A stretch of DNA of 63,999 bases, counting the filler, from an uncultured bacterium (GTDB lineage: Bacteria > CAYSBA01), in the NCBI GenBank assembly GCA_964429075.1. It is 9 parts of 9 records of this genome, joined end to end, with 100 filler letters (N's around TTAATTAATTAA, not from the genome) between each part and the next. Parts side by side here need not be neighbours in the genome. Positions count along the whole stretch, not along the records: positions 15,446 to 23,015 come from CAYSBA010000048.1; positions 23,116 to 30,635 come from CAYSBA010000049.1; 7 more parts are not named here. One strand, given 5' to 3'. Below the pieces are notes generated by a model that saw nothing but the letters and a program-made list of their open reading frames with translations, did no database searches and was not told the origin of the DNA. Positions within the stretch are counted from its first letter, which is position 1, and the number at the start of each line of letters is the position of its first letter. Both the position numbers and the translations under genes were made by a program. This document shows positions 20,749-30,735 of this stretch, in pieces.

Positions 20749-22173
20749 TTATAACGAATAGCGGTAACCAAATTCAAAAAAGATGCCACCAACAAAAACA
20801 TCTGTAATGCCCGGCTCTCCATTATCTACAGCAGAATCATTATATTGTCCATAGCTCAATCTCAGTCTTCCAAAAGCATTTCCCGGGCCTGCTTTCATCT
20901 CCATACCGCCAGTGGCACTGAATCCAATTGATGTTTTAGAATTTTTGTTGATAATATCTCTAAAGGATGTCTTTTGTGACATAATAAGAACATCTATCCT
21001 ACCACCAGCAAGTATATTAAGGCCACCAAAGGATATAGGTAGACGATACAGGCCTTTTATTGATATGGGTATGATTCCAACCTCTGCTGAATATTTATAG
21101 GTATCACTGTTTGTATATGCAACCGTACCCTCTATTGCCAGTGGATAATAAGCTATATCTAAGCCTGCTCTTAAGTCTTTCATATTCGGGATATTCAAAA
21201 GAACTTCTAAGCCAAAGAGTGGATTGACTGTTCCAAACCCACCTGTTGGAAAAGCAACACCAAGGACAGGGGCAAGTGAGACAAGCTTTTTTCGTTTTTT
21301 GATTGTCTTTCCCTTTAGAACTCTCTTCTCTGGTTTTTGAGTGGCTCTCTTTGAGAGATTGTAGGCAGTGATCTTCTCTGTTTTTTGAGTGGTTGATCTC
21401 TCTTTTCCCCTTTTTTCCTTCTCGCTAAAAATAGGGTTTTTCTTCGATCTTTTAACCTGTTCGAGCGATTCAGCTTTTGCAACCTTATTTGACTTTTTAT
21501 TCTTGATCTTTTTGTTTGTCTTTGACACACTCTGAGGCCTTTTGTTATGATGCCCTTTAACAAGGGGCGCAAGGGAAATTGCCTTTTTTTCAACAGTAGA
21601 AGTCTTCTTTTTTGCGACTCTTGTCCTTGACTTTTTATGTTTGTTTCTTTTCTTCAGGGGAGTAAGTGATACAAGAGGGGCAAGCTCCGGGGACTTTGCA
21701 ATATTAACCTTGCCCGGCTTGAACATTACCCTTGCAGCTCCACCTGCTGTGTTGGTAGGCAGGGCAAGTATCTTGAAAGAATAATACCCCCGTGGCAACT
21801 TTAATTTTATAATTTTTGGAGAGGTAGGGAATAGTTTTGTTGTATTACTAAAATATAATGCACCCGTTGCGCCAGCAACTCGGCCGGTTTTTATCTTTTT
21901 CCCGTCTCTTAAGATTGTAAACTTAAAATTTGTTTTCTTTTGTCCACGGGAGGTATCAATCAGACCAACTATAAATATAGTAAGCTGACCGGGACCCTTT
22001 ATCTTAAATTCAAAGGCCCTTTTTGTATTAATACGGTAATACACCTCTTCTGTAATTCCCATAACAAGTTTCTGATTGCCACCTGCAGGTTTTATGTCTT
22101 TTGCCAAGATACTGTTAAAAGCTGCAAGACAAAAAGAAAAAAACAAAATGCTTGCTATTTTCTTATACCTCAT
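20749..22173 (-). CDS. Secreted protein: N-terminal beta domain, Lys-rich linker, C-terminal probable 8-stranded outer-membrane beta-barrel
   Basis: Signal peptide; very K-rich middle; amphipathic strands ending GGIFFEFGYRYSL. Confidence 0.72.
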   Translation of the reverse strand: MRYKKIASILFFSFCLAAFNSILAKDIKPAGGNQKLVMGITEEVYYRINTKRAFEFKIKGPGQLTIFIVGLIDTSRGQKKTNFKFTILRDGKKIKTGRVAGATGALYFSNTTKLFPTSPKIIKLKLPRGYYSFKILALPTNTAGGAARVMFKPGKVNIAKSPELAPLVSLTPLKKRNKHKKSRTRVAKKKTSTVEKKAISLAPLVKGHHNKRPQSVSKTNKKIKNKKSNKVAKAESLEQVKRSKKNPIFSEKEKRGKERSTTQKTEKITAYNLSKRATQKPEKRVLKGKTIKKRKKLVSLAPVLGVAFPTGGFGTVNPLFGLEVLLNIPNMKDLRAGLDIAYYPLAIEGTVAYTNSDTYKYSAEVGIIPISIKGLYRLPISFGGLNILAGGRIDVLIMSQKTSFRDIINKNSKTSIGFSATGGMEMKAGPGNAFGRLRLSYGQYNDSAVDNGEPGITDVFVGGIFFEFGYRYSL

Positions 22174-23194
22174 AATACCCCTTTTATAACATTGAACGAA
22201 GAGGGTCAAGCCTTTGTCTTTAACAGGTATAGACATGGGGGACGTTTAAGGTAAAGGAAGAGAAGTGAGGATAGGGGATAGTTCCTTTGATATAGCAGAT
22301 TGAGAAGAACACTTTGAAAAAGTGGAGCAAGAAAGAGAGAAGCATACCCAAAAGTAGAGACATAACATTTTGAGTGTAAAGTGTAAAAAAGTAATGGAAG
22401 AGGATGTGTCATCATCCTCGGGACTTACCCAAAATTTAAGGATGGTCGGTGGTAACAGAAAATAGGGGGTCAGGATTTTGCCATGTAGTAGAGCGAATAT
22501 TCTGAAGAAGATATCCCATTTAGTGAAAAAGATTTTTAGAGAAGGCATCACCTTCGCCTGAGTTAATGTGGATTTTGTTTTGTCCTTTGTGGAAATTATA
22601 AGAGGGATTTGTGGATTTTATTCTTTGCTAGAAGAAGAAGGAAGCAGGTCATGGATTATTTGTGTTTGAATAAAAATCAAAAGAAAGCAAGGCTTAAAAA
22701 TCAGCAATACATAGTAGGACAGGCGTCTTACTTATCATAAAAGACTGCTGCAGAGCCAGATAAGAAGTGTAAATTATTTTGTTAGGATCCGGGACATCAC
22801 CTGTGATAAAAGAGATACCCTTTGAAACCTCGTTGAGAAAGATTTACTAAGAAGCATTTTGTTGGAGATCAAGGGATTCGTTCTGATAATTGATGAAAGA
22901 GGCTAAAAACTTTTTTGCTGCCTTTCAAGTCTATCCCAATTCAAGTGAGGTAATAATGTGTTGATTAAGTGTTTTATCTTTACTTTTCTTATAAAGATAT
23001 TGATATCAGTAACATNNNNNNNNNNNNNNNNNNNNNNNNNNNNNNNNNNNNNNNNNNNNTTAATTAATTAANNNNNNNNNNNNNNNNNNNNNNNNNNNNN
23101 NNNNNNNNNNNNNNNCGCTTATGATGAAGGGTACTCAAATAAATAACTTTGAGACCCTGAAAGAAATGACTAAAGAATTTATAGGTGAGGTTGT

Positions 23195-23590
23195 ATGACA
23201 ATAATAAAGCAGGTTGTTACAAAAGAACGAATTGAGATGGTTGATATCACATCATTGGTCCGTAGTGTTGTAAAATCATCTCCGATAAAAGATGGAGCTG
23301 TTATTGTTTACAGCCCACATACAACAGCAGGGATAACGATTAATGAGAATTCCGATCCATCTGTAAAGAGAGACATTTTAGAAAAGCTGAATCAACTTGT
23401 ACCATACAGAGATAATTACTCCCATCTTGAAGGGAATGCGGATGCCCATATCAAGGCCTCTTTGATAGGTTCTTCTGTAATAGTTCCTGTAAAGGATAAA
23501 GAATTGTTGTTCGGGACATGGCAGGGTATCTTTTTTTGTGAGTTCGATGGTCCAAGAAACAGAAAGATTATTATTCAGTTGCTCGATTAA
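23195..23590 (+). CDS. yjbQ: YjbQ/UPF0047 family protein
   Basis: HTTAGITINEN.DP.V, H.EGNADAHIKASL.G, GTWQGIFFCEFDGPR. Confidence 0.95.
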   Translation: MTIIKQVVTKERIEMVDITSLVRSVVKSSPIKDGAVIVYSPHTTAGITINENSDPSVKRDILEKLNQLVPYRDNYSHLEGNADAHIKASLIGSSVIVPVKDKELLFGTWQGIFFCEFDGPRNRKIIIQLLD

Positions 23591-24683
23591 AAGGTTACTT
23601 TTTTTGATTTTCTGTTTTTGTGTAATCATATCCTGTAGACGGGGCATTGTAAAAAAAGAACAGGCTGCAACCAGAAGGGTTTTCAAACTCGAACCGATAA
23701 CAATCATAGGAACACCTGATGATTATGTTGAGCTTGAGAGGTTTGACGAGGATAGTCTTTACAAAGAGGCAACCAAACTCTATAGAAACGGTGAATATAA
23801 GAAGGCTTTAAGATATTTAAATTTTTTTATTGGAAGGTTCCCTGATTCAAAATACATATACCTTGCACATTTTTTTATAGCTATGTGTCTTGAGAATCTT
23901 GGAAGATACAAAGATGCCATAGAGGCTTACAGAAACATAACAGAGATATTCCCGGAGAGTAGTCTATCTGTTTCTGCCATATTTAAAAAGGCAAGATTAC
24001 TGGCCAAGATTAATAAATACGACGAGATTGTAAAAGATATGTTAGATGTTTTAAAGAGGAAGGATATTACCTATAAAACGAGGATTGAAGCAAATGTAGA
24101 TCTTGGGATCTCTCTCTTTATGCTTGGAGAGATGGATAGTGCAGATGTCTATTTCAGAGATGCCATCAGAATATATGAAAAGGTGGAAAAGGAGCAATCT
24201 ATTGAGGCAACGAGTTTAATATCACAGGCATTTTTCTATAGAGGTGAAATTCGTTTCAGGAAGATGAACAAGATAAAGTTGAAACTCCCTGAAAAAAAGA
24301 TGAAAGAGGACCTTGAGAAAAAGGCAGAGCTTCTTTTAGAGGCACAATCGTTTTTCTTGAGGTCTATCAGGGCAGGTGATCCCGGCTGGGCAATTGCAAG
24401 TGGGTCCCGGATTGGTAAGATGTATCATAGTTTGTACAACGATATGATTAATGCAGAGATTCCAGAGGATCTTGATGAAGAGGCAAAAAAGATATACATC
24501 GAAGAGCTAAAAAAACGGATCAGTGTACTTTTGAAAAAGGCACTACGTGCATATTCTGTAACAATTGATGCTGCTGATAGACTTGGAGTAGACAATGAGT
24601 GGTATAAAAAGATGAAACAAGATATGAATGAGATACAAAGGATGCTGCTTACTGATGATGTGTTATTTGGTGGAACAGGATAG
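23547..24683 (+). CDS. TPR-repeat lipoprotein (BamD-like N-terminus, GltD/AgmU-like C-terminal helical domain); start uncertain
   Basis: Lipobox VIIS-C; TPR repeats with FP.S; WAIASG.RIG.MY, IP.DL.EE...Y, NEW. Confidence 0.72.
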   Translation: MVQETERLLFSCSIKRLLFLIFCFCVIISCRRGIVKKEQAATRRVFKLEPITIIGTPDDYVELERFDEDSLYKEATKLYRNGEYKKALRYLNFFIGRFPDSKYIYLAHFFIAMCLENLGRYKDAIEAYRNITEIFPESSLSVSAIFKKARLLAKINKYDEIVKDMLDVLKRKDITYKTRIEANVDLGISLFMLGEMDSADVYFRDAIRIYEKVEKEQSIEATSLISQAFFYRGEIRFRKMNKIKLKLPEKKMKEDLEKKAELLLEAQSFFLRSIRAGDPGWAIASGSRIGKMYHSLYNDMINAEIPEDLDEEAKKIYIEELKKRISVLLKKALRAYSVTIDAADRLGVDNEWYKKMKQDMNEIQRMLLTDDVLFGGTG

Positions 24684-25075
24684 TGAGGTATATGGGATTA
24701 GATATAGGACGAAGGAGAATAGGTGTTGCAATTGCAAAAGATGATCTGAAGATTGCACTTCCAAGGGGTATAATACACTACAAAAAACATAAAGAGGCAA
24801 TTGAAAGGATAAAAAAGATTGTTGAAAATGAGAAGATAGGTGTTATTGTATATGGCCTCCCTTTAAACTTGAAAGGACAGGAAGGGATATCTGCATCTGC
24901 AGTAAGAAGATTTATCGAGAATCTCAAAAAGGGTCTATCAGATGAGGTAAAATTTGTTGCATTTGATGAACGCTTTACAACAAAAGAGATAAAAAGGATT
25001 GGTGCGAAGAAAAGAGAGGTCGATGATCTTGCTGCTGTACTTATATTGAATGCATTCTTAGAGTCGTGCAGTTAA
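24683..25075 (+). CDS. ruvX: Holliday junction resolvase-like / pre-16S rRNA nuclease YqgF
   Basis: GLDIG.RRIGVA, GLP, DERFTT, VD.LAA.LIL. Confidence 0.94.
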   Translation: MRYMGLDIGRRRIGVAIAKDDLKIALPRGIIHYKKHKEAIERIKKIVENEKIGVIVYGLPLNLKGQEGISASAVRRFIENLKKGLSDEVKFVAFDERFTTKEIKRIGAKKREVDDLAAVLILNAFLESCS

Positions 25076-25938
25076 AAGAGCTGTTAGATATTGTAAAGGA
25101 TAGATTAAAAGATAGTAATATCCCTGCAGCAGAAAGGGAGGCAGAGATCATAGTGCAAGAAGTATTAAATATGGATAATCTAACTTTATTTCTTGATGAT
25201 AAAAAATCTATAGATGAAGAGAAAATCGATAGAGTATTTTCTATTGTTAAAGAGAGAATAAAGAGGATTCCACTTGCATATATTCTAAAAAAGGCATGGT
25301 TTCGTGATCTTGAGCTCTTTGTTGACTATGGTGTTTTCATCCCACGCCCTGAGACAGAAATTCTGGTAGAGTATGCAATTGAGTTTCTGAAGTTAAAGGG
25401 TTGGCTTAAAGGTGTTAACATCCTTGATCTGTGCACAGGTTCTGGTGTTATTGCCTTATCTATTGCAAAAGAGATCTCTGATGTTTTTATTGTTGCAAGT
25501 GATATATCAGAGAAGGCCCTTTCAATTGCAATAATTAATAAAAAAAGGGTTATTGGTCTAAGATCAGATATTGTTTTTTTAAGGGCAGATCTCGTTGAGG
25601 CCTTTAAAGATTTACCATTTTTTCATCTCGTGATATCCAATCCACCATATGTTTCATTTAAAAAAGCTGTTTCCATACAACCCGAGCTTTCTTTTGAGCC
25701 AGAAGATGCGCTATATTCTTCAGATGAAGGGATGGCTCATTCTAAAACAATAATAAAGAGGGTATATAATATGCTTACAGAAGGTGGATGCCTTATTATG
25801 GAGACCGATCCTTCAATCTCTAGAGAGCTTTTAGATTTTGTCTCATCGGAAACAGATTATTATGAATCTTTTGTGTTACAGGACTATGCAGGGCTTGACA
25901 GGGTTATAATACTTAAAAAAGGGCTGAACAATGCTTGA
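25066..25938 (+). CDS. prmC: Release factor glutamine methyltransferase
   Basis: PLAYI, FIPRPETE, LDLCTGSG.IA, SNPPY, D.AG.DR. Confidence 0.95.
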   Translation: MQLKELLDIVKDRLKDSNIPAAEREAEIIVQEVLNMDNLTLFLDDKKSIDEEKIDRVFSIVKERIKRIPLAYILKKAWFRDLELFVDYGVFIPRPETEILVEYAIEFLKLKGWLKGVNILDLCTGSGVIALSIAKEISDVFIVASDISEKALSIAIINKKRVIGLRSDIVFLRADLVEAFKDLPFFHLVISNPPYVSFKKAVSIQPELSFEPEDALYSSDEGMAHSKTIIKRVYNMLTEGGCLIMETDPSISRELLDFVSSETDYYESFVLQDYAGLDRVIILKKGLNNA

Positions 25939-27196
25939 GAAACTTGTTATTAAAGGGGGACGTGAGCTCAGGGGTACTGTTAGAATCTCTGGCGCAAAGA
26001 ATGCGGTACTGCCAATAATGTTTGCCACCCTCTTGGCGGATGATATCTGTATAATAAAAAATGTTCCAAGATTGAGGGATGTAAAAACAACAATAAAGAT
26101 TCTTGAGCTTCTTGGTTGTAAGGTTGATTTTAAAGATAGTATTCTCAGAATAGATCCATCTGATGTCAGGCCAGAGAGGGTACCTTATGAAATCGTAAAG
26201 ACCATGCGTGCTTCAATCTTAGCTCTTGGACCACTTGTTGCAAGATTCAAAGAGGCTGAGGTCTCCCTGCCGGGTGGTTGTGCAATTGGTGCAAGACCAG
26301 TAGATCTTCATATAAAAGGCCTTAGTTTAATGGGATGCGATATAGTGATTGAACATGGTTACATTAAGGCAAAGGCAGAAAGACTGAGACCGGCTGAAAT
26401 ACACCTTGATATACCATCAGTTACAGGGACAGAAAATCTACTTTTTGCAGCTTCAATGACCGAACAGACTACAATTATAAACAATGCAGCAATGGAACCT
26501 GAAATCTCGGATCTGATTGAGGTACTGAGTAAAATGGGGGTATATATTGAAGGGAAGGGAACGTCAAGGCTTATTGTTCACGGAAAGCGAACTCCTGGCT
26601 CATTTGAACACAGTGTAATACCTGATCGTATAGAGGCAGGTACTTTTCTTGTAGCTGGTGCAATAACAGCTGGAGATATTGTCGTAGAGGATGTTGTACC
26701 AGATCATCTCGATTCGATCCTGATGAAACTTATTGAAGTTGGTTGTGAGATTGAGGTCTGGAATGGCAGGATAAGGATAAAGGGTTCAGAAAAAATCAAT
26801 CCTTGTTCTATTCAGACCAACCCATATCCGGGGTTCCCAACAGATATGCAGGCTCAATTTATGTCACTTTTGGCCCTTGCAAATGGTACAAGTATAATAA
26901 GGGAGAATATATTCGAAAATCGCTTTATACATGTGGCTGAATTGTGCAGGATGGGTGCCGACATAAAGATAGATGGGAATACTGCAATTATCAATGGTGT
27001 TACAAGTCTTACTGGCAGTGATGTTATGGCAACAGATTTGAGGGCGAGTGCATCACTCGTACTTGCAGGTCTTGTTGCAGAAGGGACTACAGTCGTTCAC
27101 AGGATATATCATCTCGACAGGGGTTATGAATCTATGGAACATAAGTTAAGGCTCCTTGGTGCAGATATCATACGAGAAAAAGACGAACATGTTTAA
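25931..27196 (+). CDS. murA: UDP-N-acetylglucosamine 1-carboxyvinyltransferase
   Basis: SGAKNA.LP, MRAS, LPGGCAIGARPVDLH, PGFPTDMQ, ATDLRA, HLDRGY. Confidence 0.98.
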   Translation: MLEKLVIKGGRELRGTVRISGAKNAVLPIMFATLLADDICIIKNVPRLRDVKTTIKILELLGCKVDFKDSILRIDPSDVRPERVPYEIVKTMRASILALGPLVARFKEAEVSLPGGCAIGARPVDLHIKGLSLMGCDIVIEHGYIKAKAERLRPAEIHLDIPSVTGTENLLFAASMTEQTTIINNAAMEPEISDLIEVLSKMGVYIEGKGTSRLIVHGKRTPGSFEHSVIPDRIEAGTFLVAGAITAGDIVVEDVVPDHLDSILMKLIEVGCEIEVWNGRIRIKGSEKINPCSIQTNPYPGFPTDMQAQFMSLLALANGTSIIRENIFENRFIHVAELCRMGADIKIDGNTAIINGVTSLTGSDVMATDLRASASLVLAGLVAEGTTVVHRIYHLDRGYESMEHKLRLLGADIIREKDEHV

Positions 27197-27818
27197 TGTG
27201 GAATTTTTGATCCACGATACAATAGGATATAAAGAGGGGCTTGAAATACAAAAAAAATGGTTCAATCTGTGTCTTATAAATGGCATTGAGACCCTTATTG
27301 TACTTCAACATAAACCTGTTTTTACTGTTGGGAGGGCAGGTCAAAAAAAGAGATATCCAGATCGGATAGCAGATATAAAGGTGTATAAATGTAATCGTGG
27401 AGGTGATATTACACTCCATAATCCAGGACAGATTGTCTTTTACCCAATAATGAGGATATCAAGGTATGCAAAAGGGCCAAAGGAGTTTGTAAAACGAATT
27501 GAAGACTGGATAATCTCATTACTTGGATCTTACAGTATAGATGGCTCCAGGCGCGAAGGATTTCCGGGCGTATGGGTTAGAGAGAGTAAGATAGCATCTG
27601 TTGGTTTCAGGATTGAAAAGGGAATAAGTTATCATGGGGTTTCTTTGAATGTATGTAATGATCTTAAGCCATTTGATTTTATAGATCCGTGCGGTATAAA
27701 GGGCTGCAGGATGACTTCGATAGAGCAGGAAATTAAAAAAGATGTTGATTTAGAAGCTGTTGCAAAAAAAGCAGTTGAACTTTTTTTCGATAACTTCAAA
27801 ATAGATGAAAGACGATAA
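27189..27818 (+). CDS. lipB: Octanoyltransferase
   Basis: QH.PVFT.G, RGGDIT.H.PGQ, PGVWV..KIAS.G, HG.SLNV, I.PCG. Confidence 0.95.
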   Translation: MFNVEFLIHDTIGYKEGLEIQKKWFNLCLINGIETLIVLQHKPVFTVGRAGQKKRYPDRIADIKVYKCNRGGDITLHNPGQIVFYPIMRISRYAKGPKEFVKRIEDWIISLLGSYSIDGSRREGFPGVWVRESKIASVGFRIEKGISYHGVSLNVCNDLKPFDFIDPCGIKGCRMTSIEQEIKKDVDLEAVAKKAVELFFDNFKIDERR

Positions 27819-28665
27819 GGTTCAAAGAAAACCACAATGGCTAAGGGTACCGATTCCTCATGGTGAGGATTTTTTTAGATTAAAAAAAATAGTTGAAGAT
27901 CTAAATCTAAATACAGTGTGCAAGGAATCGCACTGTCCAAATATTGGAAAATGCTGGGCAAAGGGACATCTTACAATTATAATCCTTGGTAACAGGTGCA
28001 CCAGGGGATGTTCGTTTTGTAATGTGGAGGCAATGAAACCATATCTACCTGATAGAGATGAGCCAAAACGTGTTGCTGAACTTGTTGTAAAGTTAAACTT
28101 ACGGTATCTTATCCTTACTTCAGTAACCAGGGATGATCTTCCCGATGGAGGTGCAGATCACTGGGCAGAAACAATTTCTCAGGTAAAAAAGCTCAATCCG
28201 AATACTTTAGTTGAGGCATTAATTCCAGATTTCAAGGGTAATATCGACTCGTTAGAAAAGATTGCAAAATCGGGTGTAGATATATTGGCTCACAATCTTG
28301 AAACTGTGGAAAGGCTGTATAAGAGGGTAAGAAAGGGTGCGGATTACAGAAGATCATTGGGAATCCTCCATTGGTTTAGAACAAGAGGGATAAAGACAAA
28401 ATCTGGTATTATGGTAGGGATTGGTGAGACTGAAGATGATCTGAAAAGACTTTTTAAAGATGTAGCCAATGCAGGTGTTGAGATATTTACAATTGGTCAA
28501 TACCTTAGACCAACAAAAAGACACCTTGAAGTAAAAAGATACCTTCGTCCTGATGAGTTTAAGAGACTTGAAAAATTAGCAAAATCATATGGAATAAAAC
28601 ATGTAATTGCAGGGCCACTTGTCAGAAGTTCATATATGGCAGATAAGATTATCTTGAATGCTTGA
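27805..28665 (+). CDS. lipA: Lipoyl synthase
   Basis: C.ES.CPN...C, CTRGC.FC, TSV.RDDL.DGG, GQYL.P, GPLVRSSY. Confidence 0.97.
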   Translation: MKDDKVQRKPQWLRVPIPHGEDFFRLKKIVEDLNLNTVCKESHCPNIGKCWAKGHLTIIILGNRCTRGCSFCNVEAMKPYLPDRDEPKRVAELVVKLNLRYLILTSVTRDDLPDGGADHWAETISQVKKLNPNTLVEALIPDFKGNIDSLEKIAKSGVDILAHNLETVERLYKRVRKGADYRRSLGILHWFRTRGIKTKSGIMVGIGETEDDLKRLFKDVANAGVEIFTIGQYLRPTKRHLEVKRYLRPDEFKRLEKLAKSYGIKHVIAGPLVRSSYMADKIILNA

Positions 28666-29587
28666 TGAGTTTAAATAGATCGCTATCAGTAGTGAGTATC
28701 AGTGTTGAGTCGGATTTTATTGATTTTTCATAGGTATCAAGGGCTGTTTTAAATCTGAAGAAATCGGGATCTTTCTTATAGGCCTCTGCATAGATCCTTG
28801 TTGCCTCTGCATCAGCCCTACCCTTTATCGTTTGAGCCTGTTTGTAGGCCTTTGAGAGAATCTCTTTTCGCATTTTATCTATTTTACCGGTGATCTCTTC
28901 CATTTTCCCTCTACCAAGGGCCTTATATTTTTCTGCAATTCTCATTTGTGCAGATATCATACGATCGTATACCTTGTTTGTTACCTTGTCAGAGTAGTCG
29001 ATTCGTTTTATCTCTATGTCGGTTATCTCAATGCCAAGATCAAGTCTTTTGAGTTTTTCCTTTGCACTTTTTAGTATCTGATCCCTAATCTTAAGACGCA
29101 TCCCTTCAAAATTTGTCTTTTTGTGTTCGGTATCTTTTTCTTCATTCTCTTCAAAAAAACTGGGTAAGTCTCTGTTTGATGACCTTACAACCTCTAATAT
29201 AGTATGTTTTGAGATATAATCTCTAACAAGACCATCAAGGATGTCATCGAGTCTCGATTGTGCCTCGGTTTCATCATTGACCGATTTGTAAAACTTAAGT
29301 ACATCAGAGATACGCCATCTGGCAAATACATCAACATATATAAACTTGCTATCTCTTGTTGGTATTATGTTTGGATAACCATCCCATTGTAAGAGTCTCT
29401 TTTCAAAGAATTTTACCTGCTGAATAAAGGGTAGTTTAAAGTGAATACCAGGTGTAGTTATAGGATCTCTTACAGGTTTACCAAATTGTAGAACAATTGC
29501 CTGTTCCCATTCGTTCACAACAAAGCATGAAGAACCGGTGAGGATAATTGCCAGAAGGGCCAGACCAAACAGCCATGCCAGTCTCAT
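28649..29587 (-). CDS. hflC: FtsH modulator HflC
   Basis: N-terminal TM; QFGKP...PG.HFKLPF, W.I.D...FY, IKRI, AEA..IYA.AY..DP.FF. Confidence 0.92.
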   Translation of the reverse strand: MRLAWLFGLALLAIILTGSSCFVVNEWEQAIVLQFGKPVRDPITTPGIHFKLPFIQQVKFFEKRLLQWDGYPNIIPTRDSKFIYVDVFARWRISDVLKFYKSVNDETEAQSRLDDILDGLVRDYISKHTILEVVRSSNRDLPSFFEENEEKDTEHKKTNFEGMRLKIRDQILKSAKEKLKRLDLGIEITDIEIKRIDYSDKVTNKVYDRMISAQMRIAEKYKALGRGKMEEITGKIDKMRKEILSKAYKQAQTIKGRADAEATRIYAEAYKKDPDFFRFKTALDTYEKSIKSDSTLILTTDSDLFKLIKHSR

Positions 29588-29589
29588 TT

Positions 29590-30588
29590 CTATTTCTCCC
29601 TCTTTGTTTGTTTTGTGATATTTAAAAGAGGAAGCAGATTTTTGGTCTTTTCATCCATAATAATTATGTTCTTTATTTTTGAGAGTACTTTTTGCATAGT
29701 CTCAAAGTAGAGTCTTGTCCTTGTAACCCTTTTTGCAAGTTTGTATTCTTTAAGCAGGGCCTCGAACCTTTCTGCATCACCCTTTGCGCGATTAACTCGC
29801 TCAATTGCATAGCCTTGTGCACTTTCTATCATCTTCTGTGCCTCACCCTTTGCCCTGTAGATAACCTTGTTAAATTCCTTTTCTGCATCATTGATCATTC
29901 TCTCCATATCCTGTTTTGCTCTGTTGACTTCATCAAAAGAATCTTTTACAGGTTTGGGGGGCTGTACATCCTGTAGTTTGACGAGTTTAACACTAATGCC
30001 ACAGTTGTATTTGTTTAAGGTCTTTTGCATTAAATCTTTTACTTTGAGTTCAATCTGGGGTCTTTTTGTCTTTATTACCTCATTAAAGGCCATATCTCCA
30101 ACAACATGGCGCATTGCAAATTCTGCCACATCTCTTATTGTGTCTATAACATTTCTGACGTTGAACAGGTATTTGCGAGGATCCTTTATTTTGTACTGTA
30201 CAATCCATTCTACATCTGCAATGTTGAGGTCTCCAGTAAGCATAAGAGATTCATGCTCAAATTCTTCATCAGAGTAGATAGTTCTTACTCCGGGCTTTTT
30301 TGTCCTGAATCCAAACTCCTCTTTGTAAAGATATTCTGTTTTTACTTTGTATACCCTATCTACTCCAAAAGGGATTTTGTAGTGCAGGCCAGGTCCAACT
30401 GTTCTGTTATATTTTCCAAATCTAAGAATTACAGCACGCTCATTTGTATCAACCTTAAAGAATGAAGTAAAAGAGGCAACAAAGATTATAAGGACAAGGA
30501 TGACACTTCCGATAATTCTGTTTGAAAGCCTCTTTAGTCTGTGTAACTGGTCTTCAACCCCATTTTGATTATACCATTCTGTGCGCAT
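29590..30588 (-). CDS. hflK: FtsH modulator HflK
   Basis: LRFGKY...GPGLH, MLTGD.NI, QDV.PP..V..SF.EV..A.QD, TR.RLY.ETM. Confidence 0.93.
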   Translation of the reverse strand: MRTEWYNQNGVEDQLHRLKRLSNRIIGSVILVLIIFVASFTSFFKVDTNERAVILRFGKYNRTVGPGLHYKIPFGVDRVYKVKTEYLYKEEFGFRTKKPGVRTIYSDEEFEHESLMLTGDLNIADVEWIVQYKIKDPRKYLFNVRNVIDTIRDVAEFAMRHVVGDMAFNEVIKTKRPQIELKVKDLMQKTLNKYNCGISVKLVKLQDVQPPKPVKDSFDEVNRAKQDMERMINDAEKEFNKVIYRAKGEAQKMIESAQGYAIERVNRAKGDAERFEALLKEYKLAKRVTRTRLYFETMQKVLSKIKNIIIMDEKTKNLLPLLNITKQTKREK

Positions 30589-30597
30589 CTCAATGTG

Positions 30598-30626
30598 AAG
30601 ATAGCACCTGAAGAAGGTTAGGTCAA
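30598..30626 (-). promoter_or_regulatory. Putative sigma70 promoter of hflK (near-leaderless)
   Basis: TTGACC-17-TATCTT, 9 nt before ATG 30588. Confidence 0.5.
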
Positions 30627-30735
30627 GAATTGTGTNNNNNNNNNNNNNNNNNNNNNNNNNNNNNNNNNNNNNNNNNNNNTTAATTAATTAANNNNNNNNN
30701 NNNNNNNNNNNNNNNNNNNNNNNNNNNNNNNNNNN

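Noticed and set aside
22246..22551. Minus-strand 101-aa ORF in the ORF-poor region
   Set aside because: F/L/S-rich composition typical of the antisense of purine-rich DNA; no motif or RBS
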